Counted from the first letter of the stretch, positions 41,266 through 52,489 are shown. The stretch: DNA of 64,000 nt from Opitutales bacterium (GCA_965226885.1 CBDDEL010000016.1:288001-352000), one strand, 5' to 3'. Made by a program: numbers and translations. The notes: generated by a model not told the origin, from the letters alone.

Positions 41266-42240
41266 ATGAAAACCAATATCAATCCCTACTTCCCCGCCAT
41301 GCCTCTGGCCGTCGATGACGGTATGCAGGCGCCGGGGATCATTTGCGCGGCCAATGAAAGCCGTTTCAACGCCGCCCATCTGTCCGAGCCGCTGACCGCT
41401 TTCACGGTGGGCTGGCAAGACCCCGAAAACCTGCGCGAGCTGCTCGATTTCATCGCCCCGGTGGTGCTGGTGGGCCGTCGTTTCGAGTTCAAAAAAGCCG
41501 TCAACGCGGAAGCATTTTTGTCCGAAACGGATGATGTGCGGGCCATCGGCTCGGCCTTCAAGCGGGTCGAGTACAGCGGCGAAACGGTGAATGAAAAGAC
41601 CTTTAACAAGGGGCTGACCATTCGCATCGACCACGATGAAGAGGTGGGAGCCGAATGGCAGGAACGCAATGTGCAATTGCTCTTGCAGCGGCTTTACCGC
41701 AACGAGGTGCGCCGAGCCATCACCGCCCTGGACGGGGCCGACACCAATCTGGCCAAGACCTGGGACGGCAGCTCGAATCCGGACGCCGATGTGCGGGCCT
41801 CCCTCATCCTTGCAACAAGTGCTACCGGCGCCCGCCCCAACCGGGCGATCTTCGGCGAGGGGGCCTGGGATATCCGGGCCAATGCCTACGATGGGCAAAA
41901 CAACGCGGGAGCCTACCGTTCGGCCGGGCTCACCCCGGAGGAATTGGCGCGCAAGCTGTTCATCAACGGGGTGCGCGTGGTGAGTGCCCGCTACCAATCT
42001 TCCGCATCCGCCAAGAGCAAGATACTGGGAGACACCGTTTACCTGTATTATGCCCTCGATGGGCAGATGAAGGATGAGCCATCCAACATCAAACGATTCG
42101 TCACTCCTTCAGAGGAGGGGCATTTCCGGGTCTATGTGGAAGACCATAGCAAATTCACCGATATCACAGTGGAGCATTACAGCAATGTAGTCATCACATC
42201 CTCACTGGGAATACGCAAACTCACCGTCTCTGCATCCTGA
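41266..42240 (+). CDS. probable phage-type major capsid protein (HK97 fold), intact
   Basis: 324 aa in the canonical position after protease/scaffold and decoration genes. LT.F.VGW, F.APVV.V, E-loop RAIGSAF, KTW..SSNP.AD, RPN.AIFG..AW, LARKL. Confidence 0.75.
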   Translation: MKTNINPYFPAMPLAVDDGMQAPGIICAANESRFNAAHLSEPLTAFTVGWQDPENLRELLDFIAPVVLVGRRFEFKKAVNAEAFLSETDDVRAIGSAFKRVEYSGETVNEKTFNKGLTIRIDHDEEVGAEWQERNVQLLLQRLYRNEVRRAITALDGADTNLAKTWDGSSNPDADVRASLILATSATGARPNRAIFGEGAWDIRANAYDGQNNAGAYRSAGLTPEELARKLFINGVRVVSARYQSSASAKSKILGDTVYLYYALDGQMKDEPSNIKRFVTPSEEGHFRVYVEDHSKFTDITVEHYSNVVITSSLGIRKLTVSAS

Positions 42241-42297
42241 TCCCCAACACGACAACACTAAATGACACATGCCGGAAACGATCCGCATGGGTCAACG

Positions 42298-42326
42298 GAA
42301 GGGGCCTTCGGTCCCCTTCTTTTTTT
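42298..42326 (+). terminator. Rho-independent terminator after capsid gene
   Basis: GAAGGGGCC-TTCG-GTCCCCTTC followed by T7. Confidence 0.85.
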
Positions 42327-42482
42327 CTGGAAACTTTCTGGAAACTATTTGAAATCACACCTTAAATAAGAATTTTGCGAAATTATCGAAACCAGAGCGG
42401 CGAGTTCATTGTTAATAGGCAATGTAAAAGCGGGCTCGACAAGACAGCCAATATGCAAACCCAATTCAAGTTATTCAGCTTT

Positions 42483-42893
42483 ATGAAACGATTACTATTC
42501 CTTCTTCCGGCATTGTTTCTGCTCTCGGCGTGCAGCAAAGATATGCAGCTGGTTGAATTCAAATCCGGGGCCAGGGCAGAAGGATTCTGGGACTCGGGCA
42601 AACGAGAGCTGCGGATTTATCTGGAGGATGGCGAGATACTGACCGGCAAATTCATCAAAATGAGCCAGGCCCGTTTTCGAATTACAACCGGGGTAGGATT
42701 CGGGGGCCGCCACACGCGGGCCGGGGTTTACCCGTCCATCGGCATTGATGGCCAGGGCAATATTTACGCGCTACTTGAGGACCCCAAATCCCATTTGGTA
42801 ATGGAGGTGGTGGCCGATTACAACTGGCTCGGGGGGGGAGGACACGGCGAGGCCCGGACCAACGACGGCCGCGTTTACAAGATGGTTTTTTAG
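42483..42893 (+). CDS. putative lipoprotein
   Basis: MKRLLFLLPALFLLSAC lipobox. C-terminal G.GEARTNDGRVYKMVF. Confidence 0.75.
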   Translation: MKRLLFLLPALFLLSACSKDMQLVEFKSGARAEGFWDSGKRELRIYLEDGEILTGKFIKMSQARFRITTGVGFGGRHTRAGVYPSIGIDGQGNIYALLEDPKSHLVMEVVADYNWLGGGGHGEARTNDGRVYKMVF

Positions 42894-43131
42894 AAGCCTG
42901 AGGCCGTTTAGTGGATCTCAAGGTTCTTGCCATGCCCGGTGGGCATCAATTGGATTTTCGTTTACCCGCTGTTAAGCAAATATCAGCCCGTTGGAAGGGC
43001 CCATAATCAAGTTCGAGGAAGATGTGGAAAAAACGATTGCCTAGAGCTTATCATAAGGCTAAATCGTTTTTATTCTAAGAACTTCGTTATTTGTCCGATA
43101 TTTATTTAACCTCTGCGCCGACCATATAAAA

Positions 43132-43506
43132 ATGGGTATGAAAATTCTCACCATAGACGATTCCAGGGCCATTCGGCTCATTCTCAGGAAAGCCTTCAAA
43201 GGGTACGATTGCGAAATTATGGAAGCCACCAATGGGAAAATCGGTCTGGTTGCGGCGGAGAAAAAGCCGGACTTGATAATCCTCGATGTGACTATGCCGG
43301 TGATGGATGGCATCACCATGCTAAAGAAGTTGAAGGAACATGAGGTTTTAAGGTCGATTCCGGTTATCATGCTAACCTCTGAAGGTGGGCGGTCCATTTT
43401 GGAGGAATTACAAAAAATCGGCATCAGCGACTATATTCAAAAACCCTTCAATGCCGCTCAAATAATTGAAAAAGCGCGGCCGTTCATTACGGTTGAAGCA
43501 AGTTAA
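43132..43506 (+). CDS. single-domain response regulator (CheY-like)
   Basis: KILTIDDS, PDLIILDVTMPVMDG, PVIMLT, KPF. Confidence 0.93.
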   Translation: MGMKILTIDDSRAIRLILRKAFKGYDCEIMEATNGKIGLVAAEKKPDLIILDVTMPVMDGITMLKKLKEHEVLRSIPVIMLTSEGGRSILEELQKIGISDYIQKPFNAAQIIEKARPFITVEAS

Positions 43507-43649
43507 TGGACATCGGGGAATTGAAGGAACCGTTCCCCCAATACACCGATATCAGCAATTCTTTCCTTTTTAATACTGCTCCGGGCCATGCCTAGGGCAT
43601 TGCAATTCCCTGCTTTTTTTCAAAAAACTTATCCACTGGGAGCTTGTAA

Positions 43650-44780
43650 TACCAAATCTCATTAGGTATGATAATAAGTTATTTGGCAGAAGCGTTTGCT
43701 TGAATGTGCTGCCAGCCTCCGCCAACTAAAGAGAGGACTTTTTCAGTGTCCTCCCACCAGTCTTTGAGATGGGTTGCGACGACTTCTTCGAGTCGCTCAA
43801 TGCTCGGCCACAGTTTGTTGGCCGTTTGATCCTGTATCATATCCCAAAGTCTTTCAATCGGGTTGAGTTCAGGACTATACGGCGGCAAATTCACGATATG
43901 TATGCCCGGGGGGACGTTGGGGTGCTCCGAGTCGTGCGGATGGAAGCCTGCCCCGTCCCATACAACCACATGTTCCTCCTCAGGATATTGCTTTTTGATC
44001 TGTTGGAGGAAAGCCTCCGTCCACTGTAGATTCGTGCTAGGGGTTTGGATGCATACCATCTCGCCGTTGACCACGTCGAGGGCTCCGTAACAGTAGCTCC
44101 ACTGGTATCTTGTCTGATATTTTTTGTGCGGCCGAAGCCCTCTTTGCGTCCAGCACCGGCGGTACACCGGAAGCAAACCAAAACGGCTTTCATCGGCAAA
44201 CCACACCCGAACCCGATTGCCTCGGGTGAGGGAAAGCTCCTGGAGGATCTTAAAAAAGTCTCGCTTGAACGCTTCCGCTTTTGCCGAGTCCCGTTTCTCA
44301 TGCACGGGGCGAGGGACTCGAAGCACCCCGGCGCATTTTTTTAGCCATCGCCACACCGTCTTGTAGGCGAAGGAGCGCCCGAAATGTCGCTCCAGCTCTT
44401 GCCCCGCCTGAACGGCTGTGTTCCAGCGCGCGACCTTCAAACCATTGAGCAAGAAGGCCTCCACCTCTTTGTCGCAACGGCTTTTGATCCCGCCTTTGTA
44501 GGCGCGTGTAAGCACCGCCCCGAGCCCTGCAGCACGATATTTGTCAAACCAACGCTGGATCGTCGCTTTGCCTCGGCCCACGATGGCTCCAATTTCATCA
44601 ATGCTGTGGTGCGGCTGGAAGCCCATTTTTAATGCCACCAAACGCTCTTTACGCCAGCCGACAGCCTCTTTGTTGAGCAATTTCTTGATACGTTCACGGT
44701 CTTCATCGGTTCCCATATATCTTCTCATTCCGCCTTTATAGCTGCTTTTTAATCTTTATCAATCCTTTTGCGATTTGGTA
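43650..44780 (-). mobile_element. IS630-family element copy 3 (transposase 43679-44728)
   Basis: 1131 bp, identical protein, flanked by TAA/TAA, intergenic. Confidence 0.95.
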
Positions 44781-44823
44781 TAAGACTTAAAATCCTTGGA
44801 AATCTTCCGAAATCCTAAGAGAT

Positions 44824-45444
44824 ATGAATCTGGCAATGGTAAAAGTAACCCCCTTGCATTTTATAGAGAAATTTGAAGAATGCATGATGCAGGACATCAC
44901 CAATGGTGAATTGCCCATTTTTTATGGCGCTGTTTTCAGACGATTTCTGAATTTTCCAGAAAGTAAGGCCAAAATCTGTATTTACGATAATAAGGACGAA
45001 GAAATACTGGCCAAGGTCGAGATTTACGAAGTAGCGGAACGTGGAAAGAGATCGGTCCTGAAGGGGGTAATGGTAAACTTTACCGAGGAAAATGAGAAAA
45101 ACCTGTTTATACTCATGAATGGGACCGGAAACCTGGCCATTGAGGCTTACAAGTCTTATCAGGACTTCAAATGCCTGTTTGGAATTGGGCCGGCTGCCGG
45201 TGATTCGGCCGAAGAAGACGAATCCGACGAGCCTACAGAGGAGGAAATTGCCAAGATTCTCGATCTTTCCGGTTCCAGCGATGATTCGGATGCAGTTTCG
45301 GAGGATTTCCTGCAAAGTGTCCTGCAGGAAGCGGAAGAAAGTAGCGAAGCGTCATCTGATTTCGTATTGGAAGAGAAAAAGGTTGGAGAATACTCGGTCA
45401 CCCTATCGCCCGATGATCTTCTCAAAACCATACAGAATGACTGA
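44824..45444 (+). CDS. hypothetical protein with acidic C-terminal half
   Basis: 206-aa ORF with D/E/S-rich tail. No family recognised. Confidence 0.6.
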   Translation: MNLAMVKVTPLHFIEKFEECMMQDITNGELPIFYGAVFRRFLNFPESKAKICIYDNKDEEILAKVEIYEVAERGKRSVLKGVMVNFTEENEKNLFILMNGTGNLAIEAYKSYQDFKCLFGIGPAAGDSAEEDESDEPTEEEIAKILDLSGSSDDSDAVSEDFLQSVLQEAEESSEASSDFVLEEKKVGEYSVTLSPDDLLKTIQND

Positions 45445-45590
45445 TTCCTAGTCGTCAAAGTATCACTTTCCGCTGGCTGGATGCCTCATTCCGGCTGCAA
45501 AAATTTCAATTGAGGTAATCCGCTCCGGCAGGGCTATGAATTAAATGCGTTGCGTGGGGCTCCGATGTCGTTAAAAGATTGCATTCTATG

Positions 45591-45620
45591 TTTGGGCACA
45601 TTTGGGCACATTTGGGCACA
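45591..45620. repeat. perfect tandem repeat 3 x 10 bp upstream of glnE
   Basis: TTTGGGCACA three times. Confidence 0.95.
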
Positions 45621-45654
45621 GTTTTCCAATGGCCAGAAAAAGTTTTACCGGACA

Positions 45655-48500
45655 ATGGCTTTCGTAGAAGAGCTGATCAAAAAATTGCAAAATAACCAGA
45701 CGAGCCTGCCGGGGGTTCTCGGTGAACAGTCGGCTATAGACCGCCTGGAAAGATTGGCCGCATACTGTCCTGTTTATAAGAATTTTCTGACGCAATTTCC
45801 TCAATACGCAATCTGGCTGGAAGATCCAGCCAATCGAGACGAAACCTTTCGCTACAGCGCGTTTAAAAATACATGGGAAGAGGATTTCACCGAAAAAGGG
45901 GATTCCGTGAGTAGTTTCCTGAGCAGGCTGCAAAGGTTCCGCCGGCAGATGTCCATGCGAATCGCCTATCGGGAGATCAACAAATTATCGACGGTGGGAG
46001 AATCCATGCTGGAACTCACATTGCTGGCGGAATTCTGCCTGAAACTGGTTGCCTCCCGAACCCAGGCCGATTGGCAAAAGCGCCTCGGCCAGCCTTGGGA
46101 TGAGGCCTTGGACCGGCCGGCCGCCTATTGTGTTCTGGGTCTCGGCAAACTGGGCGGCAGGGAGCTGAATTTCTGTTCCGATCTCGACCTGATTTACTTG
46201 TTCGATGGCGAGGGGCACTGCCGAAAAGAGGGCAAGCCAACCACGGCAAGCAACGAATATTTTTTTACCAAAATGTTTCAGACCATGACCGGGACTTTGC
46301 AAAAGCGCAGCCACTCCGGCTTTCTTTACAACATCGATTTGAGGCTGCGACCAGAGGGTTCCACCGGTCCCATAGTGAGGCCCCTGTCGGCCATGGAGCA
46401 TTATTATTACACCAGAGGGCAAGCATGGGAACGGCTGGCAGAGGGCAAGCATGGGAACGGCTGGCCTTGCTGCGGGCGCGGCCGGTGGCCGGGATTTTGA
46501 GTCTGGGGGAAGAGTTTTTCGAGAACGTAAATCCTTTTCGCTACCCGAGGCATCCGCCGGAAGAGATGATTTCCGATGTGGCCGGCGTGAAAATTAGAAT
46601 TGAGAAGGAACTGGCAGGTGAACTCCAGTTAAAAAACGACCTCAAAACCGGGTATGGCGGCATCCGGGAAATTGAATTTTTTGTGCAAACCCTGCAATTG
46701 CTGCACGCAGGCAAAAACCCTTTTTTGCAAGTGGAAAGCACTCTGGAAACTATCCAGCTTCTTACCCGCTACAAATTGCTCGGCGGGAGTGAAGCCACCT
46801 TTCTGTCGGAGGCGTATCATTTCCTGCGCACAGTGGAGCATCGCCTGCAAATGAGAGAAGAAAAACAAACCCACACTCTGCCCGATGATGAGTCCGCATT
46901 GGAAACCCTGTCCCGCTTGCTCGGTTTCCGTGATTATGCAGAATTAGAAAAACGCATGCTGCCATTGAGAGATAAAGTGCGAGCTATCTACAGCAGCCTC
47001 TTCAAAGGGGACGACCGTGAAAATGAATTACAGGACTGGACCGTTTTTTTATCCGGAAATGCCGCCTCCCCTCAAATCCGGCAATCCCTTGCCAAATGGT
47101 TCCGCGGAATCCCGGAAAAGGAAGCCGAAATCCGACTGCGGACTTTCGCCCTGGGCAGCCCCAATTACGCCGTGACGCGTGAACAGGCGCAACTGTTTTT
47201 GAACCTGGCGCGTCAATTCGAGGTGGTGCTGCCTCAACTGGCGCACCCATTGCTTTCTCTCGAAAGAGTGTCCCGATTTGCCGAAAGCTACACGGCGCGG
47301 AAATTTTTCTTCAAAACCTGCGCCGAAAATCCTAGTTTCTTTCATTCCCTGTGTCTGTTGCTCGACCGCAGTCAATTCACCACCCAACTGCTCTGCCAGC
47401 ACCCAGAGATAATGGAGGAAGTCCTCGTCATCCAGAGCCATAGGCACAAATCGCCGGCTCGTATTTTGAAGGAATTAGGAGAGCTTCCTGGCGGTGCGGA
47501 ATTTCCCCGATGGCTCTGGCTCTATGTTAAAGCGGAGCAGGTGCGTCTTTCCATTTTGCAATTAACGGAGGATTGCAGGGTCGAGGAATTGGAGCAAAAG
47601 CTCACTCTGCTAGCCGATTCGGCCTTGCAATACACGCTCAAGATGATCGATCCGCAAGAGCGCCTCACCGTCATCGGGCTGGGAAAACTCGGTGCGCAAG
47701 AAATGACCTTGGGTTCCGACCTCGACCTGCTCATTTTAACCGATGAAAAAGACAATGCGTCCACCGCCAAAACAGCACAGCGATTACTCGCTATTTTGGG
47801 ACACCGCCACCCGTTGGGGCCCAACTTCGAGATCGACTTGCGCCTGCGCCCCCACGGCCGGGACGGCCCTCTCCTTACCTCCTTGAAGGCTTTCGCCAAA
47901 TACCATCAAAAATCGGCCCAGACCTGGGAAAAACAATTGCTGACCCGCTCAAGATTTATTGCCGGCAATGAACAAATTGCACGCGGCTTTGTCGAACTTC
48001 GACACAAACTGCTTTATTCAGCGCCTCTTAAAAAAGAGGAATGGAGTGATATCCTGAAGATGAAAAATCGCCTCGAAAATACGAATATCCCGCCGGACAA
48101 CCCCTACCGGGCCTTTAAAAAAGCTCCCGGCGGTCTGATCGGAATTGAGTTTGCCTGTCAAATGGCAGTTTTAAAATACGGCGCAGCAATTCCGCAGCTT
48201 GTTCAGGCCAGCACCCGCTAAGTACTGAAGAAATTGCCGGAACTAGGCTTACAGGAATCCGGTCAAAACCTGATCCTGCAAAAAAATTACGAAACTCTCA
48301 GAACCGTGGAACTCCATTCGAGAAGGGAAACCAACAAGGCCGTCGATACCCTATCGAAAAAGCCTGAAACCCAGGAGGTCTTGGCAAAATGGATGGGTTT
48401 TAAGGATCGTGAAGCATTTTGGGCCCAGCATCAAAAGGGCATGCTGGATAACAAAAAGATTGTAAAAATCCTTATAAATGAAATAATTAGCACACACTAG
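45655..48500 (+). pseudogene. glnE: glutamine synthetase adenylyltransferase, disrupted
   Basis: Two NT domains (GLGKLGGRELNFCSDLDL / GLGKLGAQEMTLGSDLDL, IDLRLRP.G) and K.G.GGIREIEF. A 26-bp duplication at 46413-46464 frameshifts it and there is an in-frame TAA at 48219-48221. Confidence 0.9.
46413..46464. repeat. perfect tandem duplication 2 x 26 bp (frameshifts glnE)
   Basis: CAGAGGGCAAGCATGGGAACGGCTGG twice. Confidence 0.95.
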
Positions 48501-48605
48501 CTCTCCGTTTTTAAACCCCCTGTAAATTCAAATTCAGCTCATTTAAACAAATTTTTCAGCGTAGAGGCCGACTTATAATATTCACCAGAAGCAGACCACC
48601 GAAGA

Positions 48606-51215
48606 ATGATAGAACCAACCCAATTGATCAGAAAGATCGCCGCAAATGCACTCTTTTACGGCAGGATACGAGAGCATTGTATAGCCATTCTCATAGCCGT
48701 GGGCGTGGCCGGAGTAGCTATGGAGGCGACCGCCAAGGAATTTGTGGTCCAACGGGGCGATCTCGTGCAAATGCTGCAGGAGACCGAAAAAGCCATCAAC
48801 TACCTGCAATGGTATCATTACAAAAAAGAACCGATCACCAGGATCGACCAGGAGGAAATGCTGGTCTCCTACATGGAGGAGCTGGATTACAACCGCCTGT
48901 TTTTCCTACAAAGAGACAAGGAGGAAATCCTTGGACGTTTTGGCAACACGCTCATAGAAAGCTATTTCCGGCAGGGCAAATGGCTCTACCCGGCCTTTCA
49001 GGTATTTCAATTTTACCGTCAAAACGCCATCGCCCGCTTGCAATGGGTTTCCCAGCGGCTGGAAGGTGAATTTGATTTCACAACCGATAATTCAATCAGG
49101 CCAGACCGCTCGGAAGCCGAATGGCCTAAGGATTCGGATGAGGCCAACGATCTGTGGGAAAAACGGGTGACTTTCGATCTGCTGCAGGAAATCCTGAACG
49201 GGGAAAAAGAGGAAAGAGCGAAGGAAAAAGTGGGTCGCAGGTATCGGCGCACCTTGCGCTACATCGAGGGCCTTGAACCGCGCAATGTGCAGGAAATTTT
49301 TCTCACTTCCTTTGCCCAGATGTACGACCCGCACTCCACCTTTTACTCGCCCGATACCTGGGACGACTTCAATATTGCCATGCGCAATTCACTGGTCGGC
49401 ATCGGGGCTCTATTGCGCGATGAGGATGGATACTGTGTCATCCAACAATTGCTCCCCGGCGGACCGGCCGAATTGAGCAACCGGTTTCACCCCGGCGATA
49501 AAATAGTCGAAGTGCGCCAGGAAGGCGAAAAACCGGTCGATGTCATCGACATGAAGCTGCGCAATATTGTGGAGAAAATCCGCGGTCCAAAGGGCACCAA
49601 AGTGCACCTAACCATCATCCCGGCCAATGCCACTGATCCATCCGAACGCAAAGAGGTCACCTTGGTGCGGGAGGAAATAAAATTAACGGAAAACCTGGCC
49701 AGCGCCGCCATTTACGAGGTTCCGCTGGGAGAACATCGAACGATCGCGGTGGGGGTTATCGACCTGCCATCATTTTATGGTTCTACGGTGGGCGAAAAAG
49801 TCGAATCGAGCACCACATCCGATGTCGAGGAACTGATCGGCAAACTTAAAAAAGAGGGCATCGAAGGGCTCGTGCTGGACCTTCGCCGCAATGGCGGGGG
49901 GCTCCTCAGTGAAGCCATCAAGCTGACCGGATTATTCATTCCCAAAGGTCCCGTCGTTCAGGTCAAAGATACCACGGGGCAAATCCGGGAAGACTGGGAC
50001 AACGATCCCAAGATAGTTTATGAAGGCCCCCTGGTGGTCCTCGTTTCCCGGCGCAGCGCTTCGGCCAGTGAAATCGTGGCGGGAGCCCTCCAGAACCATC
50101 ACCGGGCATTGATTGTGGGAGATTCCTCCACCCACGGCAAAGGAACGGTCCAGCAAATTTTCGAACTCGACCGAAAATCGGGCCTGTCCATATTCAACCG
50201 GCCGAAAAAGGAAAAACTGGGCGCCACCAAAATCACCATTCAAAAATTCTATTTGCCCAACGGAGATTCCACCCAGAATAAAGGCGTCGTTTCGGACATC
50301 GTGCTGCCCTCCATCAATGAAATCCTGCCTATAGGAGAATCCGACCTGCCCAACGCCCTCATCTGGGACACCATCGAACCACTGCGCTGGAACCTCCAGG
50401 ATACGATCGGCCCCAACGGAAAACTGATCGATGAAAGCACCGTTTCTTTCCTTAGAAAAGGCAGCCAGACGAGGCAGGATACGCTCGAGGAATTTGCCTA
50501 TCTAAAACGGCAAATAGAATGGTTTCAGAAAAAGCAGGATCAGAAAGAATATTCCCTCAACCTGGAAATCCGCCGTTCTCAGCGCAACGAAGATGATAAA
50601 CTAAAGGAAGAAATGGAGGATCTCCGGGAAACCCTCAGCCGCAATTATTTCAAATGGCGGGAGGTCGTCCTGGACGTCAGCCGGGAAAAAGAGGACCAGC
50701 ATCAGTTGAAACTGCGAAACTCCTTGCTGCCCAACGGGAAAAACAAGGCCAACACCTATTATCAGAAAATCTTTTATTTCCAACCGCAGGAAGACAGCCC
50801 CATCAAGGAAATCTGGGTCGAATCGATCAATTACGAAAAATCGCTCAAACACAGTGAGGAAATCGCCGGCGAATTATCACAACTTGCCGGCGTCTCCATT
50901 CCCGAACCCCAAGTGAACGATTTGTTGAGTTATTTGAAAAACGCTGAAACCAGCGATGAATTTAATATCGAACGCGCTTTTGCCGAATATTTGGGAGACC
51001 AACTCGATAAAGAAGCGATTGAGCAAATCCTTCCGGGGTTTTTCACAAAACTGGTTCATCTGGACCCGGAACTGTTGTTGGAAAAACCCTCTCTTGACAT
51101 TGCTCTGAGGGAAAGTAATCGCATCCTGGCTGATTGGGTGGTCCAACAGCAGGAATCGATAAACTCAGGCACCATTGCCGAACTGGAACACCAGGAAGCC
51201 TCCCGGACGGATTGA
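48606..51215 (+). CDS. prc: carboxy-terminal processing (tail-specific) protease, S41A
   Basis: YDPHS, GIGA.L, PDZ with IRGPKGT, DLRRNGGG.L, SASASEI, GKGTVQ, STQ.KGV.SDI. Confidence 0.9.
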   Translation: MIEPTQLIRKIAANALFYGRIREHCIAILIAVGVAGVAMEATAKEFVVQRGDLVQMLQETEKAINYLQWYHYKKEPITRIDQEEMLVSYMEELDYNRLFFLQRDKEEILGRFGNTLIESYFRQGKWLYPAFQVFQFYRQNAIARLQWVSQRLEGEFDFTTDNSIRPDRSEAEWPKDSDEANDLWEKRVTFDLLQEILNGEKEERAKEKVGRRYRRTLRYIEGLEPRNVQEIFLTSFAQMYDPHSTFYSPDTWDDFNIAMRNSLVGIGALLRDEDGYCVIQQLLPGGPAELSNRFHPGDKIVEVRQEGEKPVDVIDMKLRNIVEKIRGPKGTKVHLTIIPANATDPSERKEVTLVREEIKLTENLASAAIYEVPLGEHRTIAVGVIDLPSFYGSTVGEKVESSTTSDVEELIGKLKKEGIEGLVLDLRRNGGGLLSEAIKLTGLFIPKGPVVQVKDTTGQIREDWDNDPKIVYEGPLVVLVSRRSASASEIVAGALQNHHRALIVGDSSTHGKGTVQQIFELDRKSGLSIFNRPKKEKLGATKITIQKFYLPNGDSTQNKGVVSDIVLPSINEILPIGESDLPNALIWDTIEPLRWNLQDTIGPNGKLIDESTVSFLRKGSQTRQDTLEEFAYLKRQIEWFQKKQDQKEYSLNLEIRRSQRNEDDKLKEEMEDLRETLSRNYFKWREVVLDVSREKEDQHQLKLRNSLLPNGKNKANTYYQKIFYFQPQEDSPIKEIWVESINYEKSLKHSEEIAGELSQLAGVSIPEPQVNDLLSYLKNAETSDEFNIERAFAEYLGDQLDKEAIEQILPGFFTKLVHLDPELLLEKPSLDIALRESNRILADWVVQQQESINSGTIAELEHQEASRTD

Positions 51216-51235
51216 GGCAGGAGGCGGCATCTGCA

Positions 51236-52093
51236 TCAATCCTGGCTGCTCCATAGCAAAATAAAGCGATTACGCCTTGGCAGGTCTTTTAACGACTCGA
51301 TTTTTCGATAGCCGTTTTTGGCCGCCCTTGCGGTGATAGATTCGTGCTGATCGGGACCGGTTTCGAACGCCACCAGTCCTCCAGGCGAAATGTAGGCCCC
51401 GGCCTCTTCCACGATTTGATTTAAACATGCCAGGCCCGAATTTTCGGCCACCAGGGCTTCGCGGGGTTCGTGCTCCCGGACCTCCGGTTGAGCGCTTTCC
51501 CACTCATCGGCGCTGAGGTAGGGAGGATTCGAGATAATGAGGTCAAAAGTTCCGTCCACATTCTCAAACCAGTGGGAGCGGCAAATAGCCACTCTCCCGG
51601 CGAGCCCGGCGGAGCGAATATTTTCCTCCGCCAATTCCAGCGCTGTGGGGCTGCTGTCCGCCGCCACCACACGGGCATCGGCAAAATGCCTGGCCAAAGC
51701 TATGGCAATGGCCCCGCTTCCCGTGCCCGAGTCGAGAATCCGTTGCGGAGGACTGGCTTTAAGCCTGGCAATCACCAGTTCGACCAATTCCTCGGTTTCC
51801 GGGCGCGGGATGAGGGCGCGGTTATCGACTTTCAGGCTGCCATTGAAAAAATCGGTTTGGCCGATGATGTATTGCCAAGGCTCCCGCCGGGAACGCCGCC
51901 CAACCAGTGGCCGCAACGTAGACAGTGTTTCCTCGCTCATGGGCAATTCAAACTGCAGGTAGAGATCGAGGCGTTTGCATTTCAAAACATGGGCAAAGAG
52001 CAGCTCGGCATTGAGACGAGGATTCTCCATGTCTTTACCCTCGAAAAACAGAGTCGTCTTATTGAGCGCTTCCAGTAATGTCAGCATGGGCAA
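51236..52093 (-). CDS. prmC: release factor glutamine methyltransferase
   Basis: REP.QYI.G, LIPRPETE, D.GTGSGAIA, SNPPY. Confidence 0.95.
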   Translation of the reverse strand: MPMLTLLEALNKTTLFFEGKDMENPRLNAELLFAHVLKCKRLDLYLQFELPMSEETLSTLRPLVGRRSRREPWQYIIGQTDFFNGSLKVDNRALIPRPETEELVELVIARLKASPPQRILDSGTGSGAIAIALARHFADARVVAADSSPTALELAEENIRSAGLAGRVAICRSHWFENVDGTFDLIISNPPYLSADEWESAQPEVREHEPREALVAENSGLACLNQIVEEAGAYISPGGLVAFETGPDQHESITARAAKNGYRKIESLKDLPRRNRFILLWSSQD

Positions 52094-52204
52094 TAGTTGA
52101 TGCGGCAGGGTAAGCTTCTTTTCAATGAAATTGTAATTGCGAATTTCTTTTGTAAGGAAACTTTATTCCGATAGTCTAAAATTAAGACCAGAATAATTAT
52201 CAAG

Positions 52205-52489
52205 ATGCTGAAAAGGTGGTATAATAAAATGATTGCCGGGCTGACGCCTAGCTGCCGGGAGTTGGCGCGCCTGTCTTCCGAGTCGCTGGAACGCAAACTC
52301 TCCCTGCGCGAGAAGCTGCTCATTCGCCTTCACAATACAGTCTGTAGCTGGTGCAGTCGCTACGAAAACCAACTGCAATCCATTCACCAGGCAGTCGAGG
52401 GAAAGGGAGACGCATTATGCGATGAGGCCGATCTTTCCATGTCACAGGATTGCAAAGAGCGCATGAAATCCATTCTCAAAGATGAATAA
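52205..52489 (+). CDS. zf-HC2 zinc-binding anti-sigma factor
   Basis: C......S...ERKLS..E......HNTVCSWC (HxxxCxxC). Confidence 0.85.
   Translation: MLKRWYNKMIAGLTPSCRELARLSSESLERKLSLREKLLIRLHNTVCSWCSRYENQLQSIHQAVEGKGDALCDEADLSMSQDCKERMKSILKDE

Noticed and set aside
39800..42300. Intact prophage or classical encapsulin operon
   Set aside because: No packaging, tail, replication or integration genes. There is no recognisable encapsulin cargo, and the gene order is phage-head-like.
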